From assembly GCA_963718565.1 (NCBI GenBank), contig OY970364.1:160001-224000 (forward strand): DNA of 64,000 nucleotides, written 5' to 3'. The notes under the pieces are model-generated. The model was not told where the DNA came from, did not search any database, and saw nothing but the letters and a program-made list of their open reading frames with translations. Origin of the DNA: an uncultured Verrucomicrobiae bacterium (GTDB taxonomy: Bacteria; Chlamydiota; Chlamydiia; Chlamydiales; Rhabdochlamydiaceae). Of this stretch, positions 31,157 to 41,991 are shown piece by piece. Each line of letters opens with the position of its first letter. Within the stretch, counting starts at the first letter, position 1. A program made the translations under genes and the position numbers.

Positions 31157-32245
31157 GTTCAATTGTTTGGAAATTGTCGTTAATTCGCTTTTTCAGCATG
31201 TCTTTTAAATTAATAACGCCAGTGTTGAAAAAATCTCTAATTTTCTCAGTAAATTCATTGAATTTTGAATACAGTGTATTATAAGTAACACACTCTCTCA
31301 TAACTTTCCATAAACGCTCAATAGCATTCAAATTTGGGGAATACGGAGGTAAGTAGTGTATTTGAATTTTGGTTTGGCTATCCAAATATTTTTGCACTTC
31401 CTTATTCTTGTTTGATCTGCCGTTGTCTAAGATTAAGTGGATTTTTTTTGCATCTGTATTAGCCGCTAACGTTTGGAGAAAATCGACCGCACTTGCAGCA
31501 TCCACAGTGCTATATTCCTTCGTCACGACTTGCATTGCAGTCAATTCAATGGCACCAATAAAATGCAATCGCTCTTGCTTAGCGGTTGTTCCTAATGTCT
31601 TTATTTCGTTTTTTAGGATCCACCCAGCCACAGACTGGCTCTGATACTCAGGGTGTACAGCATCTCCAAAGAAAATTTTCTCGCCTTCTTGGAGACCGGC
31701 TTTCAATTCATTGTATTTTTTAAGGAACGCAGCTTGTTTTTCGGGATCGAGCTTTCCTGGTACTTTGATTGGATGTTTATAAACAAATCCATGCCTCTTC
31801 AACCAATTTGTCATACCAGCCACAGTGTATTTCACTTGATATGCGTCTAGAACGTAGAGACAAATTTTGCTCATTTTGAGATACGTTATTTGACTCAAAT
31901 GTCTCCTCAGCGCATCTTCTTGGTCTAGGGTTAACTTGGAGGCCTTTCCCAAATGTGGATCATTGATAGTTTTTTGCTTGGCATCGTATTCTCTTTGATA
32001 ATCATAAACGGACGACTCGCTAATTCTTAAAATCGCCGCTATTTCCCCTGGACTGTGGCAATCATCCCTACCTAAAATGACGCATACACGGTTCCGTTCG
32101 TTGACATCTCTTGTTTTTTTTACAAGCTGTTCTAAATATAAACGCTGCTCATTGGACAACTTTTGCATAGAAGCATTATCCACTATCGCTGAAATATTTT
32201 TTAGGGAAATTTAAAATTTTACAGAATCCAATCATGAATAGTATA
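31122..32245 (-). mobile_element. IS630-family IS (transposase 31128-32183)
   Basis: FGDAVHP, LILDN, LPPYSPNLNAIERLW; inserted in a TA tract with imperfect IRs beginning TATACT. Confidence 0.92.
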
Positions 32246-32553
32246 TATGATCAGGTTTGATCAAGTTTTGAAGAGCGGAAGAATTTTCAACAACAGGATA
32301 TCTGATTAAGTTGCCTGTGGATGGAGCCTTTTTTGAGATATCAGATTCCCCCTGGATACGTGAATTTGGACAAGAACGATCTAGAATTTTAGATAAGTGC
32401 AAGCATTATGTCCTTCGGTTTTACGATGAAACAATAGAAATTATTGCCCAAGATTTTGTGTTTGAGCAATTGAAAGAAAAGCCGCTAATTAACTGCTAGG
32501 GCATTGAAATTTTCTAGAAAAAAGAGAGGATTCTTTTTAATTAAGGTAAATAA

Positions 32554-32702
32554 ATGAATGCCGATATTTACATCAAAGTGAGATTCAAGACAAGCGAGGA
32601 AGGCGGCCGTAAAACGTCTGTGAAACGCAAAACTCCGCTCGGGCCAGATTTTTATGGCTGTCCATTGATGGTTGATGGCAAAGCATATGACTGTCGCTTA
32701 CT
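32554..32702 (+). pseudogene. Truncated small protein resembling the EF-Tu domain III-like family
   Basis: FKTSEEGGRKT...FYGCPL motif; cut by the IS end at 32703. Confidence 0.45.
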
Positions 32703-32861
32703 AACTCACCTTACGCAAATCGGTAAAAATTTCTTGACAAGGCCTGTCTTTTTTTCGTAGTCTTGTTCAATTTTTTGGAGAAAAAATGAACAGACTACTC
32801 GATATCTATTCGGATTACTTGATTGCTCAGAATCAATATGCAACAGCAGTTGGTCTCTCAG
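32703..32861 (+). mobile_element. Left-end fragment of the IS701-like IS
   Basis: Identical to 38728-38886; truncated by an IS3. Confidence 0.9.
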
Positions 32862-34351
32862 TGCGCTGCCGACAAAAAGTTGGACAGAAAATCGAGGGGA
32901 ATAAGTAACTCTCTGTGTTAAGTCTTTCTCTATAAGCCATTCTGCAGCTCATATTCGCTGCATATTATTCTAAGGTTATATTTCCTACAATCTCTTTTTT
33001 TCTTTTCTTCTTTTTTCTCCAGTGAGAACTTTCCTGTTTTCGGGGGTGCGGGGGCGAAGCCCCGACCCTCCTCTTATTCTGAAAAACAGACCTTATAATG
33101 CCCAAACTGAGGTGGATGGGGTAGGGGCCCCATCCGCCGAAGGCGGGAGCAGGGGGGACGGTAGTCCCCCGACAAGCCTTTCCCAAATAAGCCGGACAGG
33201 CTTCTTGAAAAGCCCTCGGAATGCTTGGCATATACGTACACAAACGTTCTTGGATTTTCAACTTTCATTTTTTTGCTTTTTTGACTTCGAATCCTTTGTA
33301 CTCTCCTTTTGAATATTTGGGTTTGATTCCATGATAAATTTCATTGGGTGTCGCATACAATAAGGCCTGATGCGGTCTACTGCAATTGAAATGCTCGATA
33401 TACTCATCAACCCCAGCACGCAGTGCTCTTACTGTTTCATAACGATGTAAATATATTTTTTCGTATTTCAGAGACCACCAACCTCTCTCTTGATAGACGT
33501 TGTCAATGCACCTGCCCTTGCCGTCCATGCTGATCTTGATACCTCGTTGCCGCAATAATTCTAGAAACGCGGTGCTTGTAAATTGAGACCCTTGATCCGT
33601 GTTAAAATATTCTGGACACGTTTTCTGTAAGGCTATTTCTAGTGCTGCAAGACAAAAATCCACAGTTATAGTGTTCGAGAGCTCCTGAGCAAGCACGTAT
33701 CTGCTAAACCAATCGGTCACTGTAATCAGATAGACAAAACCGTTAGCCAATGGGAGAAATGTTATATCGGCACTGAAAACCTGGTTAGGAGTTCCAATCC
33801 ACAAACCATTTAATAAATAGGGATAGTGCGGGTGTGATGCGGAGGGTTTGCTGAGGTTTTTTCTGGGAAGAACAGATAAAAACCCCATTTTTCTCCATAA
33901 CCTCTCAATCCTTTTTTCATTCACGTTAAATCCCTCACGCCTTAAATCGGCATGTATTTTTCTATAACCATATTCGGGTTGCGCATAATGCAATTCTTCT
34001 ATTTTCTGCATAAGAGCAAGGGTTTCTTCTGACTCTACTATAGGAGCATAGTAATAACTAGATCGAGGGAGGCCCAACGCTTCACATTGAGCCTCGACAG
34101 ACAACATGGGATGTTCAGGTTCAATCAACCTGCGTTTCTCAAGAGTTGTCAACCCCGGTTTTTTTTTTCAAAAATTCGAGCTGAGACTGAAGCCTGCCTA
34201 TTTGGGCATAAAGCGCCTCAATGTCTATATCTGGGGCCGATTTTTTTTTACGCCTATCTTCAAACAGCCGCGAGATGCCTTGAACTGCTTGACTTTTCCA
34301 TTTGGTGATTTGTGCTGGATGTATTTTGAATTGTTGGGCCAAGTCTGATAG
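32862..34351 (-). mobile_element. IS3-family IS, 5'-truncated (orfB 33265-34152, partial orfA)
   Basis: YGYR, ADIT, TDQGSQF, GRCIDN...E motifs; A-run frameshift site at about 34159-34168; orfA cut by the second IS3. Confidence 0.88.
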
Positions 34352-35687
34352 TATAATGGTCCCCAAAATTTAGACCACTGTCTAAGCTAATATCCTCCCA
34401 ATGCGAGGAGGCCAAAATGGCCAAAACAAAAAAACAATATTCACCGGAGTTCAAGCTCAAAGTAGTACTAGAAGTGCTCAAGGGTGAGAAGACAGCAACC
34501 CAACTCGCTGGCGAGTTGGGGGTACATCCCGTAGTTCTGTCGGAATGGAAAAAACAATTTATTGAGGCAGGACCTCAGATTTTTGTAAAGACCAGGAGGT
34601 CTAGGGATACAGCAGAGGGCAAAGAAAAGGCCGAACTGTTCGAACAGATTGGAAGACTCAAGATGGAGAACGAGTGGCTTAAAAAAAAATTGGGGGCTTT
34701 GACCTGAATGAAAAACGGGCACTCATTGAACCTCACGATATCAAATTTTCCCAAAGAGCACAGTGTAAGCTCCTCGGAGTATGTCGATCTGGATTGTACT
34801 ACGAGCCACAGCAGCCTGGTGAAGAAGACTTGCGACTCATGTGCGCAATCGACAAACAGTACCTCGAAACCCCCTATTATGGGAGGCGTCGAATGACAGT
34901 GGCAATGAGAAAACTAGGATTTGTCGTGGGACAGAAAAAAGTGCGAACAGCGATGCAGGTGATGGGGATAGAGGCGATCTATCCAAAGCCGAACCTGAGC
35001 GCTGGGAATAAACAGCATAAAAAGTTCCCGTATTTACTGAGGGGCCTAATTGTTGATCGTTCCGATCAAGCTTGGGCAGCTGACATCACTTACATTCCAT
35101 TAACAAAAGGATTCGGATATCTGTTTGCAATCATAGACTGGTATAGTCGGTACGTGATTGAGTGGGAGCTCTCAAATCTGCTTGATACAGAATTTTGCAT
35201 GGAGGCATTGCAAAGGAGTCTTTGGCAAAAAAGACCTGAGATATTTAATACTGATCAAGGTGTGCAGTTTACGAGTAGTCAATTCACCGGGAAACTTGAA
35301 GAGAATGGGATTAAAATCAGTATGGACGGGAAGGGTCGAGCTCTTGATAACGTGTTTATTGAGAGGCTGTGGAGAAGCGTGAAGTATGAAGAAATTTACC
35401 CGAAAGGATACGAGAGCATGAAAGAGGTTCGATCGGGGCTGAAAAAGTACTTTGAGTTTTACAACAACAAGCGACCCCATCAGGGTCTCGATTATCGAAC
35501 CCCAGCAGAGGTGTATTATGGGACATAAGAAAAAGAAAGGGGCTTTGCCCCTTGAACCCCAGCAAAGGGCTGACTGCCCTTTGCAAACCCGTGGGCTTTT
35601 GTATAGGGCCCTGGGAGTTAGATTAAACAACAGAGGAGATTAGCTTAGATTTCTCGATTTTTGGTCTAGACAAAAGGAACCACTTTA
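34352..35687 (+). mobile_element. IS3-family IS (orfA 34417-34707, orfB to 35528, -1 frameshift at the A9 run)
   Basis: YSPEFKLKVV HTH, DITY, TDQG, DNVFIERLW; imperfect IRs ending TAGACC; no target duplication. Confidence 0.92.
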
Positions 35688-35697
35688 AGGAGGAAGC

Positions 35698-37074
35698 TTG
35701 GCTTGGCGTCTCAATAACCCAGGTCTTTTACGATCCCATGATTCAATAGTTCAAAAAAATACAATCATAGGAACACATTCTCCATATGCAATTTTTCCAA
35801 CATCCGCCTCTGGTATGCAGGCACTACATATCTGGCTAAGGTCAAAATTTTCTGATGGGTTTCTTTTAGCTATTGCCAAGTATTATCATCCCGGCTGTCC
35901 AGAAACATGGCTAAAAAAGCTTTGTCAAATAGCCGACTTAAATTCAGAGTCCAGGTTAAAAGATTTATCAAATGATGCATTTCGTCGCTTAGTAAAAGCC
36001 ATTCACTTGCTCTGCGAATTTTCAGCTTCTTATGAAGGAAAGCTCCAGATTCTTCCTAAAATTTCAGCTAGGTATTATTCACGAGATAGAAAGGTAGAGT
36101 ACTATCTTGCTGGTTTTGAATATCTTTTGACAAAAGCTGACGCTATCTCATGGGTGGAAATGCATCGTTTAGATGCTGTAATTGTCCATAAAAGTAATGG
36201 TGTAGTTTATCTCAGATCACGCCCGGGCCACCACTTAGATCAGATACGATTTTCAGAAGAGGCTTATGGAAAAGAAACTGGATTTAAAGATGCTCTTAGA
36301 GATGTTGGAAAAAAAACAGAGGGACAATGCATTTGGGGGTATATCAATGGAATCTGGAATGATGATGATTATGCTATACAATCGGCTCAAATGATCTCTA
36401 AAATCGCTAAAGACGAACAAGTTTGGTCTTTGGTCAATAATACAAAATCCAAGTTGAAAGATCTAGTGGAGTGTGGTCATCAAAAATTGAGTCTGGATAC
36501 TGATATTGTGAAATTCGCCGCAAAATTTATGCAGCTTCTGCTTCAATTTTCACGCGAATCTTCTCGCAACCCAGATGTTATCGTTTTTGTTCATAGTCAG
36601 GGTGCGATAATTGCAGATCTAGCTCTTGATCTGCTGAGTCAAGAAGAGCGTAAAAAAATACGAATTTTTGCTTTTGGTGGTGGCTCTTTTATTTTTCCTG
36701 GTAAAAGTCATCCTGAATCGCACAATTATATTAGCATCGGAGACCTTGTTTCTCGAATAGGATCTCCCGAGCTTGCTCTATTAGCAATACGACTTCATGA
36801 AGAACAAAAAAAGAACCGTTCTCTCAAACAAGTGATTGATTTATTGGCTGATGAAGATGCAGATTATTATCTCGACACAACGGATCCAAAGATTGTGGAA
36901 ATCTTTCGTGAAAAGCGGAGAGAATTTTACAACGATAAGTTTAAGAAAATTACAAATGTCACGGTCTTAGAACAAAGCGATGACGCATTTTTAGGAACAT
37001 GGGAACATTCATTTCGTGTTCCCTGTTATCAATCTAAAGTAAAAGAAATTATCAATCGATGCCGCAATGATTAG
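35698..37074 (+). CDS. 5'-truncated lysozyme-like + DUF3892-like + DUF687-like alpha/beta hydrolase protein
   Basis: (GGSL)AWRLNNPG, KADAISW...LDAVIVH...YLRSRPG, YINGIWN, HSQG nucleophile motif, GDLV, EHSF. Confidence 0.65.
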   Translation: MAWRLNNPGLLRSHDSIVQKNTIIGTHSPYAIFPTSASGMQALHIWLRSKFSDGFLLAIAKYYHPGCPETWLKKLCQIADLNSESRLKDLSNDAFRRLVKAIHLLCEFSASYEGKLQILPKISARYYSRDRKVEYYLAGFEYLLTKADAISWVEMHRLDAVIVHKSNGVVYLRSRPGHHLDQIRFSEEAYGKETGFKDALRDVGKKTEGQCIWGYINGIWNDDDYAIQSAQMISKIAKDEQVWSLVNNTKSKLKDLVECGHQKLSLDTDIVKFAAKFMQLLLQFSRESSRNPDVIVFVHSQGAIIADLALDLLSQEERKKIRIFAFGGGSFIFPGKSHPESHNYISIGDLVSRIGSPELALLAIRLHEEQKKNRSLKQVIDLLADEDADYYLDTTDPKIVEIFREKRREFYNDKFKKITNVTVLEQSDDAFLGTWEHSFRVPCYQSKVKEIINRCRND

Positions 37075-37591
37075 ACTTCTTAAGTTTTTTCTAAAATCTT
37101 GCATCCTTGCATTTGTTTTTTTTGTTGCGATTGATTATTTTTTTCTGCGCGAAAAGAAAGTCGATTTAAGCGATAAGACAGATTTTAAAAAATTGATAGG
37201 GGCAACATTTGAAATGAAACAAGATACTTTTCTCTATAAGCAATATGAGGATCAAAATTTCCATTTAGGAATTTCTCAAGAAAAAACATGGCTTCCTGAG
37301 AACACGGAAGAGTATCTCAATGATTTGAAAAGAGGGGAATCTACGCCTAACTATGTTTGGCATCAGGAAAGATTTCAAGCTATTCATCTATTACCACCAG
37401 GAACACAATTCAGAATAACTGGAATTTTTCGATTTGAAAAGCCTTTAGTTGGAGATTATTTAGCCATTGAGATAGTAATCCTAAATGGCCCATATGAAGG
37501 TCGTCATGCGCAAGCACAAGGGCTATTTAACTATAATGTAGAGCCTTATGAAGTGATTGGACCTAATGCATCGCTCTATCAGGTGATATGA
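37067..37591 (+). CDS. Membrane-anchored hypothetical protein, putative immunity
   Basis: N-terminal TM segment; overlaps the stop of the upstream effector-like gene. Confidence 0.55.
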   Translation: MIRLLKFFLKSCILAFVFFVAIDYFFLREKKVDLSDKTDFKKLIGATFEMKQDTFLYKQYEDQNFHLGISQEKTWLPENTEEYLNDLKRGESTPNYVWHQERFQAIHLLPPGTQFRITGIFRFEKPLVGDYLAIEIVILNGPYEGRHAQAQGLFNYNVEPYEVIGPNASLYQVI

Positions 37592-37621
37592 AGAGAACTT
37601 TCATGGCTTTGCTTGCCTTAT

Positions 37622-38656
37622 TTATTTTTCTAAATTATTAGTTTTCATTGGGTTTTTTATCAGAGCAGCCTTTTCGAACTCTTTAATTGTCTCAAGGAAA
37701 TGTTGTTCTACCAAAGAAGGGCCATCAAGAACTTGCTGCTGATACTTAGTATATTCAACCCTGGCTTTATCAAGAGCTTCTTCATGACTTATTTTTCCAG
37801 CATGGGAGAGGATATCACGAGAAGCTGTCTTTAAAAAGTCATCAAGTTTGGCAATCCAATCTTTCATGGACATGGGATTGCGACTTAAAGCTTGCAATTC
37901 AGCGAAATCCAAATAGAGAGATACGATTAGGTTGAGAACTTTTAACTCTTCTTCATTGAGGTAGTTTTTTGCAATTTCAGCGTCAGTTTGTCTTGGTTTT
38001 TTCCCTGACCAAGAAGTGAGACCCATGTTTGTTTTCCCAGCATTTGCGCGCGAGTAAATAATTTCTGCGGCTGTATGACCATGAGCTGCCCAGTGCATTT
38101 TGTTTTGAACCACTGCGAAAAACTGCTTTGAGCTTTCTGTTTTTGGGTCGTAATCAATGCTTGTGGCATAGATATCGAGGATCTTGCGCCAGAATACTTT
38201 TTCAGAGGAACGTATGTCTCTGATTCTGGCCAAAAGTTCACTGAAATAGTTTCCGCCTCCGCTTCGCTTAAGTCGTTCGTCATCAAGGGCAAATCCTTTA
38301 ATCAAAAATTCTTTTAATCTATTGGTAGCCCAGATCCGGAACTGAGTACCTCTATGCGAACTGACCCTATATCCCACTGAGATGATCACATCCAAATTGT
38401 AGTGCATCACCTGGTAATTTTTGCCATCTGCGGCAGTATGCCGGAATTTCCGGCATACTGAATTTTCTTCTAACTCTTTTTCTGTAAATATGTTTTGTAT
38501 GTGTTCGGCTACTGTCCTTCGATCTTTATCAAATAATTCACTTAGCTGTGCCTGGTTCAACCAAACGGTTTCATCTTGTAGGCGTACTTCGATTTTGGTT
38601 TGGCCATCCTCTGTCTGATAGAGCAGTAGAGAGCTGTCTGTGGGGATCGTATCCAT
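37622..38656 (-). CDS. rhuM: Virulence RhuM-family DNA-binding protein
   Basis: ETVWLNQAQL, YNLDVIISVGYRV, IRDIRSSEK, HGHTAAE. Confidence 0.92.
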   Translation of the reverse strand: MDTIPTDSSLLLYQTEDGQTKIEVRLQDETVWLNQAQLSELFDKDRRTVAEHIQNIFTEKELEENSVCRKFRHTAADGKNYQVMHYNLDVIISVGYRVSSHRGTQFRIWATNRLKEFLIKGFALDDERLKRSGGGNYFSELLARIRDIRSSEKVFWRKILDIYATSIDYDPKTESSKQFFAVVQNKMHWAAHGHTAAEIIYSRANAGKTNMGLTSWSGKKPRQTDAEIAKNYLNEEELKVLNLIVSLYLDFAELQALSRNPMSMKDWIAKLDDFLKTASRDILSHAGKISHEEALDKARVEYTKYQQQVLDGPSLVEQHFLETIKEFEKAALIKNPMKTNNLEK

Positions 38657-38727
38657 CTTTTCCTTTGAGAAGCTATTTCGGTTAAGCGGTTAGCATAGCT
38701 GTAAGTAGAAAAAATTTCTATCTTTAC

Positions 38728-39910
38728 AACTCACCTTACGCAAATCGGTAAAAATTTCTTGACAAGGCCTGTCTTTTTTTCGTAGTCTTGTTCAATTTTT
38801 TGGAGAAAAAATGAACAGACTACTCGATATCTATTCGGATTACTTGATTGCTCAGAATCAATATGCAACAGCAGTTGGTCTCTCAGATCTCTTAGAAGGC
38901 CGGATTAGTCATGACAAAATTACTAGATTTTTGAACAGCAATGAATTTTCATCCAAAGAGCTATGGGAATACATCAAGCAGGAAATTCGCAAGATTGAAC
39001 AAGATGTAGGAGGAGTGCTTATTTTTGATGACACGATTGAAGAGAAGACCTACACGGACGAAAATGAGATTATTTGTTGGCATTACTCGCATGCCAAGGG
39101 AAGATGTGTGAAGGGGGTCAACCTTTTATCATGTCTTGCTCGCTACGGAGATATTGCCTTACCCATTGCTTATGAGCCTATTTATAAAGACGTGCTTTTT
39201 TGTGATGTCGCCAGCAAAAAAGTAAAAAGACAGTCTTCAGTCAGTAAAAATCAAATGTTTCGATCTATGATTGCCCAAGCTGTAACCAATAAGGTTAAAT
39301 TTGACTATATATTGTCTGATAATTGGTTCGGAGCGAAAAAAAATATGGAGTTTATTCATTATGATATGAAAAAGAAGTTTGTAATTGGGATCAAAGCTAA
39401 TCGATTGGTCGCTCTTTCTGAAGAGGACAGAAAAAATGGTCAGTACCAAAATCTAAATGCATTACCACTCAAGGATGGAGAAAAAAGAATAGTCTGGCTA
39501 AAAGACATGTCTTTTTCTGTAGCACTCATTACAAAGATCTTCAAAAACGAAGACGGCTCTACAGGCACTCTATACCTTGTTACAAATGACTTAGAAAGTA
39601 GTGCTGACCGAATCTACGAAATCTACCAAAAACGGTGGCGCATAGAAGAATATCACAAATCGATCAAGCAGAACGCTAGCCTTGAGAAATCGCCGACTAA
39701 GGTTCTGCGCTCTCAAAAGAACCATATTTTTGCATCAATCATCGCTTATTGCAAGTTGGAATTTCTCCGAACTCAAACTTTTTTGAATCATTTTGCTCTG
39801 AAATATCAATTACTGATGAAGGCAAATCGAATGGCATTTTTAGAACTTGAACGGCTGCGGTTCAGAACTGGTTGCGATATGGTTGGAGCCCATTTTGCGT
39901 AAGGTGAGTT
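38728..39910 (+). mobile_element. IS701/IS4-like IS, intact (transposase 38811-39902)
   Basis: 17-bp IR AACTCACCTTACGCAAA; TAC on both flanks; FDDT, SDNWF, RWRIEEYHK DDE motifs. Confidence 0.92.
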
Positions 39911-40075
39911 TACAAATTGCAGGTTCGTATGCTTGGTGGGATGAAGTGTGATATTGCAACCTTTTTTCGGACTCTCTTGCTTAACGTCCGTAAGCTCCTT
40001 CCTCAACCTGGTCAACTCTTCATTACACGGCATTAAGGATCCGGAACCTGGAAAGCTTTTCTCACCATTTGGGAT
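39911..40075 (-). pseudogene. IS3-family orfA remnant
   Basis: GEKSFPGSGSLMPCNEELTRLRKELTDVKQE. Confidence 0.6.
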
Positions 40076-40162
40076 GGGCTTGAGAAAAATCCAAGACGAC
40101 GTAAAACGACTTGAAAAATTCTTTGCAAAAAATCTCCAAGGAGATTAACATCCACTCTGAAT

Positions 40163-40240
40163 GACGCGGGGTGCTGGAATTTTTCCTGGCTGAGAAAGAC
40201 CCGTTGAACTTGATCTGGATAATGCCAGCGCAAGGACGTC
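40163..40240 (+). ncRNA. TPP riboswitch
   Basis: GACG...GGGGTGC...CTGAGA...CCCGTTGAAC.TGATCTGGATAATGCCAGCG.AAGGACGTC, directly upstream of the thiamine operon. Confidence 0.93.
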
Positions 40241-40285
40241 TGAACCTTCGTCATTTTTTATTCTTTTTTAACAAAGGATTTTTTT

Positions 40286-41224
40286 ATGACGAAGAAGATT
40301 CGCACTAATTTCCTCCTCAATTGGTACGCAAATCCCTACCACACCCCTCTTTTTGTGGCCCAAGCTCTTGGTTACTATGAGCAAGAAGGGATAAAACTTG
40401 CTCTGTTCGAACCGACAGATCCAAGTGACGTCACTGAAGCAGTCGGTGTTGGCGCGATGGATCTTGGACTCAAGGCAATGATTCATACATTGGCCGGGAG
40501 AACTAAAGGATTTCCCATCGTTTCTATCGGAACGCTTCTCGATGAACCACCTACAGGATTTTTAGCTTTGAAATCGAGCGGAATCAGCTCGTTCCAGGAC
40601 ATTGTCGGGAAACGGATTGGCTATATCGGCGAGTTCGGGAAGATCATCCTAGACGATCTTGCTCGTTTGGCGGGGATTGATCCCAATAGCTACGAGACAG
40701 TCCGGGTCGGAATGAATGTAACTGATGCCATTCTAAACGGAAAGATCGACGCTGGTATTGGCTTCATCAATTTTCAAAAGGTGGAGCTGGAATACTTACG
40801 CGGGGAAACGATCTTTCTTAGAATCGATCAGTTAGCGGGACTGGGGTGCTGTTGCTTCTGTTCGATCCAGTGCATTGTCAACGAAGCGTTTCTAGAGGCA
40901 AATCCTGAGGTAATTAAGGGCTTTCTCAATGCTACAACACGCGGAGCCGCTTTTACTGTTGAAGAGCCGGATAAGGCATTTGAGATATTCTGCAATGCGA
41001 AGCCGGCGATGCGGACAGAACTCCACAAGACCATTTTTATCAGGACTCTTCCTTATTTTTCGCGCAACCTCCTCAATGTGGATCGCGATTGGAATAAGGT
41101 GAACCGCTACTCAAAGCATCTCGGCATCATCCCTGATTCGTTTGATCTCAAAAAGGTCTATACTAATGATTATTTCCCGGAGATGCCCTATTCCGATCAG
41201 AAACCAATCGCCTGCTGTATCTAA
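40286..41224 (+). CDS. thi5: THI5/NMT1-type HMP-phosphate synthase
   Basis: LLNW, GLKAMIH (PLP lysine and substrate histidine), DEPP, GEFG, GCCCFCS motifs typical of THI5 rather than the transporter subunit ThiY. Confidence 0.88.
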   Translation: MTKKIRTNFLLNWYANPYHTPLFVAQALGYYEQEGIKLALFEPTDPSDVTEAVGVGAMDLGLKAMIHTLAGRTKGFPIVSIGTLLDEPPTGFLALKSSGISSFQDIVGKRIGYIGEFGKIILDDLARLAGIDPNSYETVRVGMNVTDAILNGKIDAGIGFINFQKVELEYLRGETIFLRIDQLAGLGCCCFCSIQCIVNEAFLEANPEVIKGFLNATTRGAAFTVEEPDKAFEIFCNAKPAMRTELHKTIFIRTLPYFSRNLLNVDRDWNKVNRYSKHLGIIPDSFDLKKVYTNDYFPEMPYSDQKPIACCI

Positions 41225-41991
41225 TGGAGTGCGTATTGACCATAGCCGGGTCGGATAGCGGCGCTGGTGCCGGCATTCAGGCCGATCTGAAGACATTTGC
41301 TGCTCTGAGCTGCTATGGAACTTCCGTGATTACGGCGATCACGGCACAAAATACTTGGGGCGTTTTCGGTATCCAAGCTGTTTCGAAAAAAATGGTTCGA
41401 GGGCAAATCGAAGCGATCTTGTCCGATTTTCCTGTTCGCGCTGTAAAAATCGGAATGGTGTGGCACTGCTCAACCATCGAAGTGGTTGGGGAGCTTCTCC
41501 CTCGATCGCTTCCTATTGTAATCGATCCGGTGATGGCGGCAAAAGGGGGGAGCACGCTTTTACAGCGAAAAAGTTTAGCTGCCATGAAAGAACTCTTTGC
41601 TCTTGCATGGGTCATTACCCCTAATCTCATCGAAGCTTCCATTCTCTTGGAGAGGCCAATTGTCTCGAAAAAAGAGATGGAAGTGGGAGCGGAAGATCTT
41701 CTCTCGCTAGGTTGCAAAGCAGTGTTGTTGAAGGGAGGCCATCTTAAAGGGACACGTGCTTCCGATGTGTTGATGATGAAAGAGAAGAAGCGATGGTACG
41801 AGGCCCCTCGCATCGTAACTTCCAATACACATGGAACTGGATGTACTTTTTCTTCTGCGATTGCAGCATACCTGGCCAAAGGGCAAGATCTTGAAGAAGC
41901 TGTCGATCTGGCTAAGAAATATCTCCAGGGCCGGCTGGAAGCATCCAAAACTCTGAAGATTGGAGGCGGTAATGGACCTCTTCGACACTGA
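41224..41991 (+). CDS. thiD: HMP/HMP-P kinase
   Basis: LTIAGSDSGAGAGIQADLKT, DPVM, KGGH, HGTGCT. Confidence 0.95.
   Translation: MECVLTIAGSDSGAGAGIQADLKTFAALSCYGTSVITAITAQNTWGVFGIQAVSKKMVRGQIEAILSDFPVRAVKIGMVWHCSTIEVVGELLPRSLPIVIDPVMAAKGGSTLLQRKSLAAMKELFALAWVITPNLIEASILLERPIVSKKEMEVGAEDLLSLGCKAVLLKGGHLKGTRASDVLMMKEKKRWYEAPRIVTSNTHGTGCTFSSAIAAYLAKGQDLEEAVDLAKKYLQGRLEASKTLKIGGGNGPLRH

Larger units (their letters stand above)
29203..32278 (+). mobile_element. IS607-family element (tnpA-tnpB) with a nested IS630
   Basis: Serine-recombinase tnpA plus tnpB, GG at both junctions, no target duplication, 22/25-nt subterminal inverted repeat (29225-29249 and 32243-32267). Confidence 0.85.
29037..32499 (+). 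pseudogene. About 128-aa orphan-immunity-like gene split by IS607 (29037-29202 + 32279-32499)
   Basis: Joining at the shared GG restores one frame: ...GIVAYKVM|EEFSTTGYLIKLPVDG...SPWI...KHYVL. Confidence 0.75.

Noticed and set aside
32965..33312. ORFs in the IS3 tail
   Set aside because: GC-rich, hairpin-like non-coding IS end region with no protein motifs.
40286..41224. ThiY ABC-transporter binding protein
   Set aside because: No signal peptide or permease/ATPase neighbours, and the KAMIH and CCCFC motifs indicate THI5.
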